IMG/VR virus record: IMGVR_UViG_3300017691_000005 | Span: 94,052-132,461 of that record | Direction: 5' to 3' (one strand) | Source: a virus | Lineage: Duplodnaviria; Heunggongvirae; Uroviricota; Caudoviricetes | Length of the DNA stretch: 38,410 nucleotides | In this document: one piece after another, positions 1 through 8,800 of the stretch | How positions within the stretch are numbered: position 1 is the stretch's first letter | Layout of the letters: every line of letters begins with the position of its first letter | Made by a program: the position numbers and the translations under genes | The notes under the pieces: model-generated | Database searches by the model: none | Seen by the model: only the letters and a program-made list of their open reading frames with translations | What the model was told of the DNA's origin: nothing

Positions 1-1
1 C

Positions 2-154
2 TATGCCAAACCAGCCAAAATTGTCATTAATATTAAAAAGGATGAAAAGGCTTGGAACCCGGCGGGCGAAGATACATTAGGACCGGCTACTATCACATAT
101 ATTCAAAAGAAGAAGGACATTACTTGTTCTATTGAGAGAAAGGTGAAGAAGTGA
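2..154 (+). CDS. 5'-truncated hypothetical protein
   Basis: Open frame from the window edge (YAKPAKIV...KVKK) to TGA overlapping the next GTG start. Confidence 0.5.
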   Translation, partial: YAKPAKIVINIKKDEKAWNPAGEDTLGPATITYIQKKKDITCSIERKVKK

Positions 155-336
155 TTCTTATTCCCGGCCTACTGCTTATTTTTGCTTTGTATTCTGGGGC
201 AATCCAATTTTATATGTTTTGCCTGGGTGTAGCAATGATGAGTCGCACCAATATTACATCTGTTAAGACGAATTTTACTTATGGTATTATTTCACTCGTC
301 TTTGCTCTTGCAGCCATGATCACTTGGACGCTCTAA
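151..336 (+). CDS. small membrane protein
   Basis: 61-aa ORF with two hydrophobic segments and a GTGA overlap with the upstream stop. Confidence 0.55.
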   Translation: MILIPGLLLIFALYSGAIQFYMFCLGVAMMSRTNITSVKTNFTYGIISLVFALAAMITWTL

Positions 337-365
337 AAGATCTTGAAATCTTTTGAGATTTGGGC

Positions 366-394
366 TTGACGCTCCCGCCTGGGGCCTGTAAGTT
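366..394 (+). promoter_or_regulatory. housekeeping sigma70-type promoter
   Basis: TTGACG-17 bp-TAAGTT, upstream of a CAGGAGG RBS and ATG 429. Confidence 0.7.
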
Positions 395-428
395 TTACTC
401 ATACCAACCAGCACAACAGGAGGATCTA

Positions 429-896
429 ATGGTTACGATGCGTGACTACCTTGTTGGCCTCAACCTTGCAAAGCCGGGTCGGGGTAAGTTCAGCGCTGCT
501 GCTCATGAGGCTCTTGCAAAGGCACGGGCTGAGGGTATGATCTTTGATGAGCCGGTCAAGCCGGTCAAGGTTGACAAGCCCAAGACTGTTTCAACTGACG
601 TTGCGGTTGAGGATGTTAAGACTGTTCCTACTCAGACAGTTGCCCTTAAGAATGTTGAGCGTCCTGCTGCTCGCAATTTTGGTGGGATGATGGTTGAGGC
701 GCCGCCTCGCTACATGCACAGTGACTACATTGCTACCGACACTGATGGCTCCAAGATCAAGAAGACGTTTAGGGACATTTGCTGTGGTTGCCAGTACTCG
801 ATTCGCTGGTGCCGTTGCTCCGGTGGGCCGACGATCTTTTCTGTTGCAGACACTGTGACCGTTCTTCGTCTTTCTACGGTCGGCAAGGCTGCTTGA
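429..896 (+). CDS. protein with N-terminal Lsr2-like AT-hook segment and C-terminal Cys cluster
   Basis: MRDYL..LNLAKPGRGKFSAAAHEAL resembles the Lsr2 DNA-binding domain (RGR to RGK). C-terminal CCGC..WCRC. Start reassigned to ATG 429 from the RBS. Confidence 0.55.
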   Translation: MVTMRDYLVGLNLAKPGRGKFSAAAHEALAKARAEGMIFDEPVKPVKVDKPKTVSTDVAVEDVKTVPTQTVALKNVERPAARNFGGMMVEAPPRYMHSDYIATDTDGSKIKKTFRDICCGCQYSIRWCRCSGGPTIFSVADTVTVLRLSTVGKAA

Positions 897-1048
897 TACT
901 CATTCTTTTTGCAATGATTATGATCATAGCAGCCATCATCACTATAGTTGGTTTGATTAGTACGACAATGGGTGATGGCTTCTTCATCAAAATGTGATGT
1001 TTGGACCCTACAGTTCTGGGGTAGTATTAGAGTGCAACCAACCTAGGA

Positions 1049-1321
1049 GTGACTATGGCTGTCATGATGCCCGAGCAGATCGCAGCGCGTGCTATTACCA
1101 AGGCTGTTAATAGTCTCGATTTCAATGTAGACCAGTTTGCTGTTTTCTTTAGTCGTTCAGGTTCTGGTATGCAGGCGCGTATGTTCAACATGTTCCTCGG
1201 TATGTGTCGTTATTGGGGTAGTCTTGTTGACACGGGTGCTGTTGATGAGCGTGACGGTTCCTTCTATAGCCTTTGTGTATATGCAAAGCGCGTTCTTGAT
1301 ATCACTCCCCACGAGGTGTAG
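1049..1321 (+). CDS. hypothetical phage protein
   Basis: AGGAG RBS; 90-aa ORF. Confidence 0.7.
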   Translation: MTMAVMMPEQIAARAITKAVNSLDFNVDQFAVFFSRSGSGMQARMFNMFLGMCRYWGSLVDTGAVDERDGSFYSLCVYAKRVLDITPHEV

Positions 1322-1324
1322 GTA

Positions 1325-1612
1325 ATGCGTATTTCTCTACCTTGTTATGATAAACCGCATCGTTGTCCCGGTTGGGCCGGTGCTGGTTGGAAGTCTGCTA
1401 AAACTCAGACATGTAATAATGGCGCTATTGTTCTATGGAAAATTAATGACCCAATACGTGAGTGGTTTAACCCTTATGATTGGCGTATTGGACATTGCTC
1501 TGCTTGCGGTATTTACACTATTCCCTTTGCTTTGCGTAGGCTAGACCCGCGCTGGTGGTGGGGATCTTATGCTTGGCGCGTTAAGTATTGGATTGCTGAT
1601 CTTAAGCATTAG
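1325..1612 (+). CDS. hypothetical Cys/His/Trp-rich protein
   Basis: 95-aa ORF directly after the previous stop; C..H.C and HCSAC motifs. Confidence 0.6.
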   Translation: MRISLPCYDKPHRCPGWAGAGWKSAKTQTCNNGAIVLWKINDPIREWFNPYDWRIGHCSACGIYTIPFALRRLDPRWWWGSYAWRVKYWIADLKH

Positions 1613-1778
1613 GCCCTTGCGATAGCCCCTGTATTTTGATAAAATATTAGAACAACAAAAACGGGGGCACAAAGATGCAGCACTCCGGGGGATAGATAGG
1701 CTAATCAGCCGGGTCAGGCGAGTCTTATAAACAGCGTAATATTGCGGTCTATCCCCAAACCCCATCTATTCAGGAGTC

Positions 1779-2393
1779 TTGATGATAGAGATAGCCATTG
1801 CGGTTGTCATTATGCTTTTTGGTGCCGGTGGGTATCAAGCGTTGGCATCAGTGGATTTTAAACCTATCAGAATCAATATCGATAGGCGCCCTAAAATAAT
1901 CGAGAATGTTTATAATGATAATCCAGATACAGTTTTGGCTTATAGTCATTTGACTGATGATTACAAGACATTACTTGATAAATATGCTAATAAAGAAACT
2001 GCTTACAATCAGTTAGAAAAGCAAAATAAGAAGATGCTATCTGAAGGAGTAAGTCTCGAAAAGAAATATAACGCTCTTGTTTCAGGAGTCTCTTTTGATC
2101 AATTTGAGACTGGCAGTGGTCAGATTTTTTTCCGTCCAACTCTGAGTGGTAACAACGGAATACAGCATGTTGATATTTATCAATCGAGTTATTTAGATCG
2201 CCTTGAGAAGAAAATTGAGTCTAAGCCTCTTAAATGTATTTGGTGTAGGGGTAATCATGGTACTTCATCATGTCCTAAGATGTGGGATATGATGGCGTCC
2301 TATACAAATGCGGAGGGTCAGCCAGGATGTAAGTGGTGCACCAAGAATTACACCTGTTCTGATTGTAAATGGTATGTAAGTGGAAATTTCTGA
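1779..2393 (+). CDS. membrane-anchored coiled-coil protein with C-terminal Zn-binding motifs
   Basis: CAGGAG RBS; N-terminal hydrophobic helix; CxxC..H..C and CxxC..CxxC motifs. Confidence 0.7.
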   Translation: MMIEIAIAVVIMLFGAGGYQALASVDFKPIRINIDRRPKIIENVYNDNPDTVLAYSHLTDDYKTLLDKYANKETAYNQLEKQNKKMLSEGVSLEKKYNALVSGVSFDQFETGSGQIFFRPTLSGNNGIQHVDIYQSSYLDRLEKKIESKPLKCIWCRGNHGTSSCPKMWDMMASYTNAEGQPGCKWCTKNYTCSDCKWYVSGNF

Positions 2394-2424
2394 CTAAACC
2401 CCCGCTAATCGGCGGGGGTTTAGT
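2394..2424 (+). terminator. intrinsic terminator-like hairpin
   Basis: CTAAACCCCCGC/GGCGGGGGTTTAG inverted repeat followed by TTGT. Confidence 0.55.
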
Positions 2425-2443
2425 TGTATATGAAAGGAAAACT

Positions 2444-3055
2444 ATGAATAGATTTTTTACAAGTGACCATCATTTCTCTCACACTAATATCATCAAACTT
2501 GCTAATAGAATGTTTGTTGACGCTGAAGAGATGAATGAGTTTATGATTGGCTATTGGAATGCCATAGTTAAACCAGAGGATATTGTTTATCATCTAGGAG
2601 ACTTTGCATTAGGACCAATTGCTGACTCTCTGCCAATGGCATCCAAACTCAATGGATATAAGGTTTTGATTCCAGGTAATCATGACCGAATCTTCAAGGG
2701 CAATAAGAAGAAAGAAATTAATAAGTTTCGAAGAAAATACGAGCAGCAATTTAATTCCATTTGGGTCAATGGCGGGGCTTTGACTATCGGTGGTATCAAT
2801 GTTCTTTTATCTCATTTTCCTTATGATTCTGATTCACATGGTGAAGATAGATATAAAGAGTATAGATTTAAAGATAATGGCATTCCGATCATCCACGGTC
2901 ATATCCATTCTAATAAAATGATTAGCAGAAGTGAAAATGGAACTTTGCAAATTCATGTCGGTGTAGATGCTCACAACTACCTACCGGTTCCTGAGAAGGA
3001 GATCTATAGTTTGATCAGACAAGAGCGTGTACAAAAGATCATGAAAACTTCTTAA
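2444..3055 (+). CDS. calcineurin-like metallophosphoesterase
   Basis: SDHH, HLGDF, GNHD, SH and HGHIH motifs in the canonical order; GAAAGGA RBS. Confidence 0.9.
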   Translation: MNRFFTSDHHFSHTNIIKLANRMFVDAEEMNEFMIGYWNAIVKPEDIVYHLGDFALGPIADSLPMASKLNGYKVLIPGNHDRIFKGNKKKEINKFRRKYEQQFNSIWVNGGALTIGGINVLLSHFPYDSDSHGEDRYKEYRFKDNGIPIIHGHIHSNKMISRSENGTLQIHVGVDAHNYLPVPEKEIYSLIRQERVQKIMKTS

Positions 3056-3114
3056 AAGATCTTGGTAGGAATCTCAAGTTAGGGGTTGTGGGGCCGATAG
3101 ATAGGGAGTAGAGT
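3053..3114 (+). promoter_or_regulatory. phage four-box promoter module
   Basis: AAAAGATCTTG, CTCAAG at 3073, CCGATA at 3094, TAGAGT at 3109; same spacing as the copies at 22.8-24.7 kb. Confidence 0.7.
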
Positions 3115-3173
3115 TCTCTACATCAAGGCAGACGGGAACGGCCCGGAAGCCACGACAAATAGGAGATATCATC

Positions 3174-3701
3174 ATGGGTGCTAAGGCTGCTGTCATCGTT
3201 ACTCCGACCGACGTTCGCGAGTGGGCCACTAAGAATGGTCACACCGTTTCCAACAGGGGTCGCCTCCACTCCACGATCATTGAGGCTTACAACAAGAGCA
3301 ACAAGGTCAAGTACGACTCCAACATCAAGCCCGACGCTGGTAGCATGGTTGCTCTGAAGGGTAAGCGTAAGACCGAGAGCGGGCGTACCGTCCCGTGGCA
3401 GAAGACGGTTTCTACTACGGAGATTCGTAGGGCTGCTCTTGAGGCCGGTATCCCGCTGGGTTCGCGTGGTCGTATTCACGCTGACGTGCTTCAGGCTTAC
3501 GCGGACAACACTCTGGCTGACCTCGCTGCTAATTGGTCTGACCGTCAGGCTAAGGCTGCTGCTGCCTCTTCTACCAGTTTTCAGATTGTCGCTATGGACT
3601 CTCTGAAGGATGATGAGCAGAGCGTTGAGGTTGAGGATGAGGGCGGGGCCGCTGTTCTTGAGGCTCCGGTCGACGGGGAGCAGACTGAGATCACGGTTTG
3701 A
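3174..3701 (+). CDS. tandem double Lsr2 DNA-binding-domain protein with acidic tail
   Basis: DVREWA..NG..VSNRGRLH..IIEAY and EIR.AA..AGIPLGSRGRIH.DVLQAY; C-terminus DDEQSVEVEDE..VDGEQTEITV. Confidence 0.85.
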   Translation: MGAKAAVIVTPTDVREWATKNGHTVSNRGRLHSTIIEAYNKSNKVKYDSNIKPDAGSMVALKGKRKTESGRTVPWQKTVSTTEIRRAALEAGIPLGSRGRIHADVLQAYADNTLADLAANWSDRQAKAAAASSTSFQIVAMDSLKDDEQSVEVEDEGGAAVLEAPVDGEQTEITV

Positions 3702-3714
3702 TTCATCAACGATG

Positions 3715-3749
3715 AGGCCACTTGACGAAAGTTGAGTGGCCTTTTCGTT
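3715..3749 (+). terminator. intrinsic terminator
   Basis: AGGCCACTTGAC-GAAA-GTTGAGTGGCCT followed by TTTCGTTT. Confidence 0.75.
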
Positions 3750-3764
3750 TACCTAAGGAGATTC

Positions 3765-4022
3765 ATGGATAAGATTGAGATTACTTCAGTAAGAGTTGGC
3801 GATACTATTATTGATTCAAACAATGAGTCAAGAACTGTAGTCGATTTTCTCGGTGACACTCATAAGTTCATTCCTAACAGTGTCGCTCTCCTTATTAAGA
3901 AGCCTGGCTATGATCCTGTAGTTGAAATTTATTGTGTACATGAAAGAGTTAACATCCACCGTTCTATTGAGGCTAGACCGTCTGGTCTACATGCACTTGA
4001 CGTAGTTGGAACGGGGGAGTAA
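3765..4022 (+). CDS. hypothetical protein
   Basis: AAGGAG RBS then ATG 3765. Confidence 0.65.
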   Translation: MDKIEITSVRVGDTIIDSNNESRTVVDFLGDTHKFIPNSVALLIKKPGYDPVVEIYCVHERVNIHRSIEARPSGLHALDVVGTGE

Positions 4023-4069
4023 GTTCTCTTACATGGACCTAGCAAGGTGTTAGGCCATAGAAAGGGATC

Positions 4070-4324
4070 ATGTCTACTCTCTCTGACGTTAGGGAATGGG
4101 CCGAAACTAAGGGGATGGATGTTGGTAAGCGTGGACGGTTAGGTAAGAATGTGATTGAAGCCTATAACAAGGCCAATCCTCGCAAGAAGTATGGCACTGA
4201 CTCTGAGCCTGTAGAGGATAAGCCTGCGCGTCCCGTTCATGATGCTATGCCGATCCACGTCACCCGCCGTCGAGAGGGGAATCGGGAGATCGTTACTCTG
4301 ATCTTTGAAGTCGATGCAGCCTAG
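4070..4324 (+). CDS. Lsr2 DNA-binding-domain-only protein
   Basis: TLSDVREWAETKGMDVGKRGRLGKNVIEAYNKAN matches the Lsr2 C-terminal domain but lies at the N-terminus. Confidence 0.85.
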   Translation: MSTLSDVREWAETKGMDVGKRGRLGKNVIEAYNKANPRKKYGTDSEPVEDKPARPVHDAMPIHVTRRREGNREIVTLIFEVDAA

Positions 4325-4335
4325 TTCAATTCGTT

Positions 4336-4379
4336 AGTAGGCCCCCACCTGTAGGCTCCGGTGGGGGCCTACTTATTTG
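4336..4379 (+). terminator. intrinsic terminator
   Basis: 14-bp stem AGTAGGCCCCCACC/GGTGGGGGCCTACT followed by TATTTGT. Confidence 0.75.
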
Positions 4380-4497
4380 TTTAGTTCTATATTTCAGATG
4401 CTTCCAATATTGATTAATCTATATTGTTGATTCTTACACATGAGTGTCAGGCAACTGTTAGTCTGAGACTACATCGAAAGCCAAACGTTCAAGGAGC

Positions 4498-4728
4498 ATG
4501 ATGTATTCCGTTCAGTCTGCTACCCAAAGAGATGTGAGCGAATGGGATGTTATCGCATCTCTTGATCCCAATAATGAAGTGTGTTCTATCTGTAGAAGCA
4601 ATGCTTTTGAGTTAAAAGACGACGTGTGTCCCTGCTGCCTTGACGACATGCTGATGCTCGCCACCGGCTGCCGGTTCGGTGAACCCGATACATGTACGCC
4701 CTACAGTCACGTTGACTGCCCTATGTGA
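4498..4728 (+). CDS. Cys-rich hypothetical protein
   Basis: AAGGAG RBS; CxxC motifs. Confidence 0.6.
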   Translation: MMYSVQSATQRDVSEWDVIASLDPNNEVCSICRSNAFELKDDVCPCCLDDMLMLATGCRFGEPDTCTPYSHVDCPM

Positions 4729-4889
4729 TGGCTAAACACCGGGCGCACAAGACGTATGGCAAGGAAGCCTCTTTAGCGGGAGCCTTTGTGTTCATTCTAA
4801 GTGGATTAGTTACGTACACATGGCTTGAATGGAATGATGTTAAGTCGTCTTTGATGATCTTGTTTGAAGTGTTGACCCGAACGGCCTAA
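4728..4889 (+). CDS. small membrane protein (MAKHRAHK...)
   Basis: 53 aa read manually; start and stop overlap both neighbours; one hydrophobic helix. Confidence 0.55.
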   Translation: MAKHRAHKTYGKEASLAGAFVFILSGLVTYTWLEWNDVKSSLMILFEVLTRTA

Positions 4890-5080
4890 TGCCCTATGTT
4901 TATCTCATACCCGCCGGAGCGGTGGGTGGACTGAAAAGAGGAATGATGTACCCCTATATCCCTAACGGTGCAACCTATCGCAATGAGAGCGACGGATTCT
5001 CCAATCCTCGTTATGATCGGAACACATTTCGTAACATGTCGCAGCGTGGACATTGGGATGATGAGGAGACAAATAACTGA
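4889..5080 (+). CDS. hypothetical protein
   Basis: TAATG translational coupling. Confidence 0.55.
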   Translation: MPYVYLIPAGAVGGLKRGMMYPYIPNGATYRNESDGFSNPRYDRNTFRNMSQRGHWDDEETNN

Positions 5081-5271
5081 TGGAGTCTGAAAATCTTCTT
5101 AAGGTTGCTGTTGGAGCACTAATCTTTTTTTCACTATGTGTGTTTGGCCTTTGGTTAGGTGCTATTTGGTCTGACACAAATGGTGAACAACTTTTTTGGA
5201 CTGGCCTTCTTTTTATTATTCCCGCTTTTATCAGTTTTCTTGTTGCTATTTTTGCGGTGGATGAAGTGTGA
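5080..5271 (+). CDS. two-helix membrane protein
   Basis: Two hydrophobic segments; GAGGAG RBS. Confidence 0.65.
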   Translation: MESENLLKVAVGALIFFSLCVFGLWLGAIWSDTNGEQLFWTGLLFIIPAFISFLVAIFAVDEV

Positions 5272-5459
5272 TGAGACCACTTCGCACTATCCATGATGCA
5301 GTTATCGGAAATAAGATGAGGATGGGTATCAGTCCTGGCGGTGTATTAGAGGGCCGGGATCTAATAAGAATTGAACTTAAAGGTTTTGGAATGCTGATGG
5401 AGATTCATGTTCCGGCTGAAGAACTCAAGGCAATTATTACTTACATTGAGGAGGGGTAA
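5268..5459 (+). CDS. small beta-beta-alpha-type hypothetical protein
   Basis: Coupled ORF; ..MEIHVPAEELKAIITYI pattern. Confidence 0.6.
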   Translation: MMRPLRTIHDAVIGNKMRMGISPGGVLEGRDLIRIELKGFGMLMEIHVPAEELKAIITYIEEG

Positions 5460-5614
5460 TGGAGAAGTTTGGTGATAACTGGATGCCAATGATTGAAATG
5501 AAAGTTTATAAAGAATATGATGGTGACAGCATTATTTTCGAAACCACAGAATCTAAATTCTATCTCTCTGGCCGTGACCGAATGCGTCTGATTGGACTAC
5601 TCTCTAATGGTTGA
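5459..5614 (+). CDS. small protein, paralogue of 6141..6341
   Basis: 51 aa read manually; FYLSGRDRMRLIGLL versus FVLSAHDRVRLIELL. Confidence 0.65.
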   Translation: MEKFGDNWMPMIEMKVYKEYDGDSIIFETTESKFYLSGRDRMRLIGLLSNG

Positions 5615-5804
5615 ACTACAAGCAACTATTAATCTTTATGGTAATGATGGAACCATCGTACAAATTTCTAAATATAGCGATTGTCCCGATTTTTATCTCA
5701 CCGTCGAAACCGCAGAGGGTACTACTTCAGAATTTCTATCGACTCAAACACTAAACACCTTTGCTTTCAAGTTGAACAATATTATGAAAGATTATGATGC
5801 TTGA
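5592..5804 (+). CDS. small beta-beta-alpha-type hypothetical protein
   Basis: ORF track; the true start may be ATG 5604-5610. Confidence 0.6.
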   Translation: MDYSLMVELQATINLYGNDGTIVQISKYSDCPDFYLTVETAEGTTSEFLSTQTLNTFAFKLNNIMKDYDA

Positions 5805-6114
5805 TGAATTCGGCCTAACTCCCGAGCAACGGGCACAGCATCTTGCAGATGCTCGTAAACAATTGGCTCTCAATGCCAAGCGCAATAGGGGATATGCAAG
5901 TATTCCTATTGATACTGACGACGAAGAGTTAGTGCTGCGATGGAAGATGCTTAAGGACAAATTAGATAGAGAAATGGAGCGGATTCGTGAAGATGCGATT
6001 GCTAGAAATAACCGACAGCCTACTACACCGCATATATGTAGCCCTGTATCAGATTCTCCCCGAGAGAGTAATAGAGGGCTTGTGGCAAAGATCCGGCGCT
6101 TCCTGGGTCTGTGA
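5794..6114 (+). CDS. hypothetical protein
   Basis: 106-aa helical ORF in a coupled operon. Confidence 0.65.
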   Translation: MMLDEFGLTPEQRAQHLADARKQLALNAKRNRGYASIPIDTDDEELVLRWKMLKDKLDREMERIREDAIARNNRQPTTPHICSPVSDSPRESNRGLVAKIRRFLGL

Positions 6115-6140
6115 CAAATACGACGCTACGATGACGGAGG

Positions 6141-6341
6141 ATGATGATGTTTGATTTTACTGACGCGCATTTCATTGATGCGGAACTGCCAGAAGTAAAT
6201 CTTTATCTTGCTCTTGATGATGACGTAAATGGTTCATATAAAATTCTTATTAGAGGCCCCATCCATGCCGCCGCTTTTGTTCTCTCTGCACACGACAGGG
6301 TGCGTCTTATTGAATTGCTGGGAGGAACTGATGCAACTTGA
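6141..6341 (+). CDS. small protein, paralogue of 5459..5614
   Basis: GGAGG RBS; shared F.LS..DR.RLI.LL. Confidence 0.65.
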   Translation: MMMFDFTDAHFIDAELPEVNLYLALDDDVNGSYKILIRGPIHAAAFVLSAHDRVRLIELLGGTDAT

Positions 6342-6488
6342 TAAGGATACGGTGAGGCATCTAGCGGCTATTGCAAGAGTCTGGCCTTTTGGTGTAGACG
6401 ATCATTATTGGCAGCGACATGAAAAGACGGACTTTAGTAATTGGCTCCTTGAGCAAATTGGAGAGACAAATGCTGATGAATATTACAA

Positions 6489-6692
6489 GTGGCCTACAAA
6501 ATGATTGAAATGTGGAGTGACCCCAACTTTCCCGGTGAGCCCAATGTTAGTATCGATCTAGAGCCTGACGGCTCTATTGATCTCACGGGGTTTGCAGATC
6601 CGGGTGATGTTTTTGCAGTCGATGAGCAAAGTGATGGCAGTATTCTTCTTACTCCCGTTCTAGGACCAAAGACTAAGGAGTGGCATGCCTGA
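6489..6692 (+). CDS. acidic hypothetical protein, possibly AbrB-like beta-rich
   Basis: PGDVFAVDEQSDGSILLTPV resembles a swapped-hairpin motif (weak). Confidence 0.45.
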   Translation: MAYKMIEMWSDPNFPGEPNVSIDLEPDGSIDLTGFADPGDVFAVDEQSDGSILLTPVLGPKTKEWHA

Positions 6693-6867
6693 GGAAAAGG
6701 TTCTCAAAATTGAAGATCAGTTTTTCAACAGCACTAGTGTAGTATTTATTCAAACTATTACTGATATGCTTTTTATTTCTGTGAATGAGGGCGATAGCAA
6801 ATTAACTGTAATTCTTAATGAAAATGATGTTGAGCGTATTCGTGACTTTTTGAAGAATTGGGATTAA
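6685..6867 (+). CDS. small beta-beta-alpha-type hypothetical protein
   Basis: AAGGAG RBS; LTVILNENDVERIRDFL. Confidence 0.65.
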   Translation: MPEEKVLKIEDQFFNSTSVVFIQTITDMLFISVNEGDSKLTVILNENDVERIRDFLKNWD

Positions 6868-7040
6868 TGATAATCAGCCTAGAACTTAGACGACGGATAG
6901 AAAATCTTGCAGAAAACCTTGAAGGTCACGCCGGGCATCTGCTACAGTCTCCATTCAACATCAACAAGCAACTTGATGCAGCCGCTCCATATAATGCTAT
7001 TGCATGGGAATTGAGGCAACTCTTGATTAATGATGAGTAA
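6858..7040 (+). CDS. hypothetical protein
   Basis: Coupled ORF. Confidence 0.55.
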   Translation: MGLMIISLELRRRIENLAENLEGHAGHLLQSPFNINKQLDAAAPYNAIAWELRQLLINDE

Positions 7041-7195
7041 TATACCTATTGCATACCACAGCGCATATCCAAGTGAAGAAGACAATACAGTTTGTTGTTT
7101 CTGTCATGAAGATATTTACAGGACAAAATATGGTCCGGGGTTCAGTTTTACTTACTATTGTCATATCTCTGAGATACAGGAATTGGAGAGTTTCA

Positions 7196-7453
7196 TTGTC
7201 TAATTACCCACCAGGGAGTATGCGTGGTTCTGGTATTTATCAAACTGAAATGATGATTGATGTCAAATGCGATGCCGAGTTTGAACTCGGTAATAGTAGA
7301 CACTACGCAGCATGTGTTTATGAGGGTACAGTAGAGGGTATTGTCAATGATTATGGAACATCAGGTTATTGGGAATGCCCGGTGTGCGGCTCCACCTATG
7401 ATTTTGATGTAAGTGACTATAAAGACGAATATTATTATGAGGAAAAGGATTAA
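7196..7453 (+). CDS. hypothetical Zn-ribbon protein
   Basis: GGAG RBS then TTG 7196 (MSNYPPGSM...); WECPVCG. Confidence 0.65.
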   Translation: MSNYPPGSMRGSGIYQTEMMIDVKCDAEFELGNSRHYAACVYEGTVEGIVNDYGTSGYWECPVCGSTYDFDVSDYKDEYYYEEKD

Positions 7454-7594
7454 TGCCTGATGATAAGTACCGTAAAGCCGTTAGTGCTGTTCTAGATCTT
7501 TGTCAAAGCGCAGACACTTATGGTGAAAATGAATGGGCTAATACTGTTCTTACCGGTGAAGTACGTCATGCAATTTTGCTAGCATTGGAGAATA

Positions 7595-7807
7595 ATGCTT
7601 GAAGAACTTTTAGATAAAAGACCTAGTATTAGAAAGATTCAAGAAGATCTCAAAGAGTTAGAGCCTGCTCTTGATATTCTTATCATTGCTTTGTCTGATT
7701 ATAGAGATGAACATCTACAATTTTTTATTGATCGACTTGACGACACACAGCATGAAGAGTTGTTAGAAGCAATTGCTGACATTTATGTAAGGATGACTCG
7801 TGACTGA
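7595..7807 (+). CDS. acidic helical hypothetical protein
   Basis: GGAG RBS. Confidence 0.65.
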   Translation: MLEELLDKRPSIRKIQEDLKELEPALDILIIALSDYRDEHLQFFIDRLDDTQHEELLEAIADIYVRMTRD

Positions 7808-8033
7808 TTTTAGTGAATATTTTGTTCACAAAATGAACATGAGAACTGAGATTAATACTTATTGGCCTAGGGGTTGGCAAATCTTTCGTAAGAGATGCAC
7901 TGCTCGATTAGAAAGAAACGAAACAGGGTTTTATGGACGTTGTGATTTTATGGTCCACCCCCGGGATGTTGACCATTATATAGAGCGAGGTCTTATGGAA
8001 ATTCGATTTAAAACAGAGATTACGGGTGTTTAA
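7800..8033 (+). CDS. hypothetical protein
   Basis: Coupled ORF. Confidence 0.55.
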   Translation: MTDFSEYFVHKMNMRTEINTYWPRGWQIFRKRCTARLERNETGFYGRCDFMVHPRDVDHYIERGLMEIRFKTEITGV

Positions 8034-8270
8034 ATGAATAAATGTTTAGGTATCTTTGGTTTTATCTTTGGTCATAAGTATGTAAAGATTGTTGGTTTTG
8101 AATATATATATCGAAGCGATAATTGTTTTCGATGTGGAAAACAGGCGGGATCGTGATCATTCACACACTGCCCGTTAATGATCTTATTGAACATGTTGAA
8201 GATAATTGTTTATGTGGACCTAACATAGAACCGGCGGGGTCTGGTTTTGTTGTTATTCATCACAGTCTAG

Positions 8271-8549
8271 ATGGAAGAGAAAGATATGAATGATAAATAT
8301 GAAAAACTATCTGACTATTTCGCAGAAGGATTTACACCTATGAATCCACAGGATCAGGCTCGTCATAATTTTTTGGACGCTAATGGTATTTATTTTGATT
8401 CTCCTAACTACGATCTTTTTACAGAAGCATTTGATAGTGGTTATACAAAAGGTAGACTAGACGGTAGCGTTCATGGTGCTGATGAAGGATACAAGAAAGG
8501 TTATGAGAATGGATTTAATGCAGGTGCTCACTGGGCAAAGGAATATTAA
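8271..8549 (+). CDS. GxxxG-repeat (Yae1/FliH-like) protein
   Basis: AFDSGYTKGRLDG..GADEGYKKGYENGFNAG. Confidence 0.65.
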   Translation: MEEKDMNDKYEKLSDYFAEGFTPMNPQDQARHNFLDANGIYFDSPNYDLFTEAFDSGYTKGRLDGSVHGADEGYKKGYENGFNAGAHWAKEY

Positions 8550-8749
8550 TGGGTGACAAGATTAAGAAATTATTCAATGAGTATTTTGACACATCAATTT
8601 GGACTAACCATACAAAAGAGTTTCAAATTTCAGATTTAGAGCATGCATACCGAGCGGGATTTAATAAGGGTCGAGAATATGGTTATAGTGACGGTTACGA
8701 TGAGGGTTTGGATCATGGTATGGAACAATCTCTAGGTCTAGATGCTTAA
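8549..8749 (+). CDS. GxxxG-repeat (Yae1/FliH-like) protein
   Basis: AYRAGFNKGREYGYSDGYDEGLDHG. Confidence 0.65.
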   Translation: MGDKIKKLFNEYFDTSIWTNHTKEFQISDLEHAYRAGFNKGREYGYSDGYDEGLDHGMEQSLGLDA

Positions 8750-8800
8750 GGTCTGGCTTCACCCATCCGATAGATAGGTAACAACCTACTAGGAGGAAAC

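Noticed and set aside
360-428. TTG start at 360 for the first Lsr2-like gene
   Set aside because: It overlaps the promoter; the RBS supports ATG 429.
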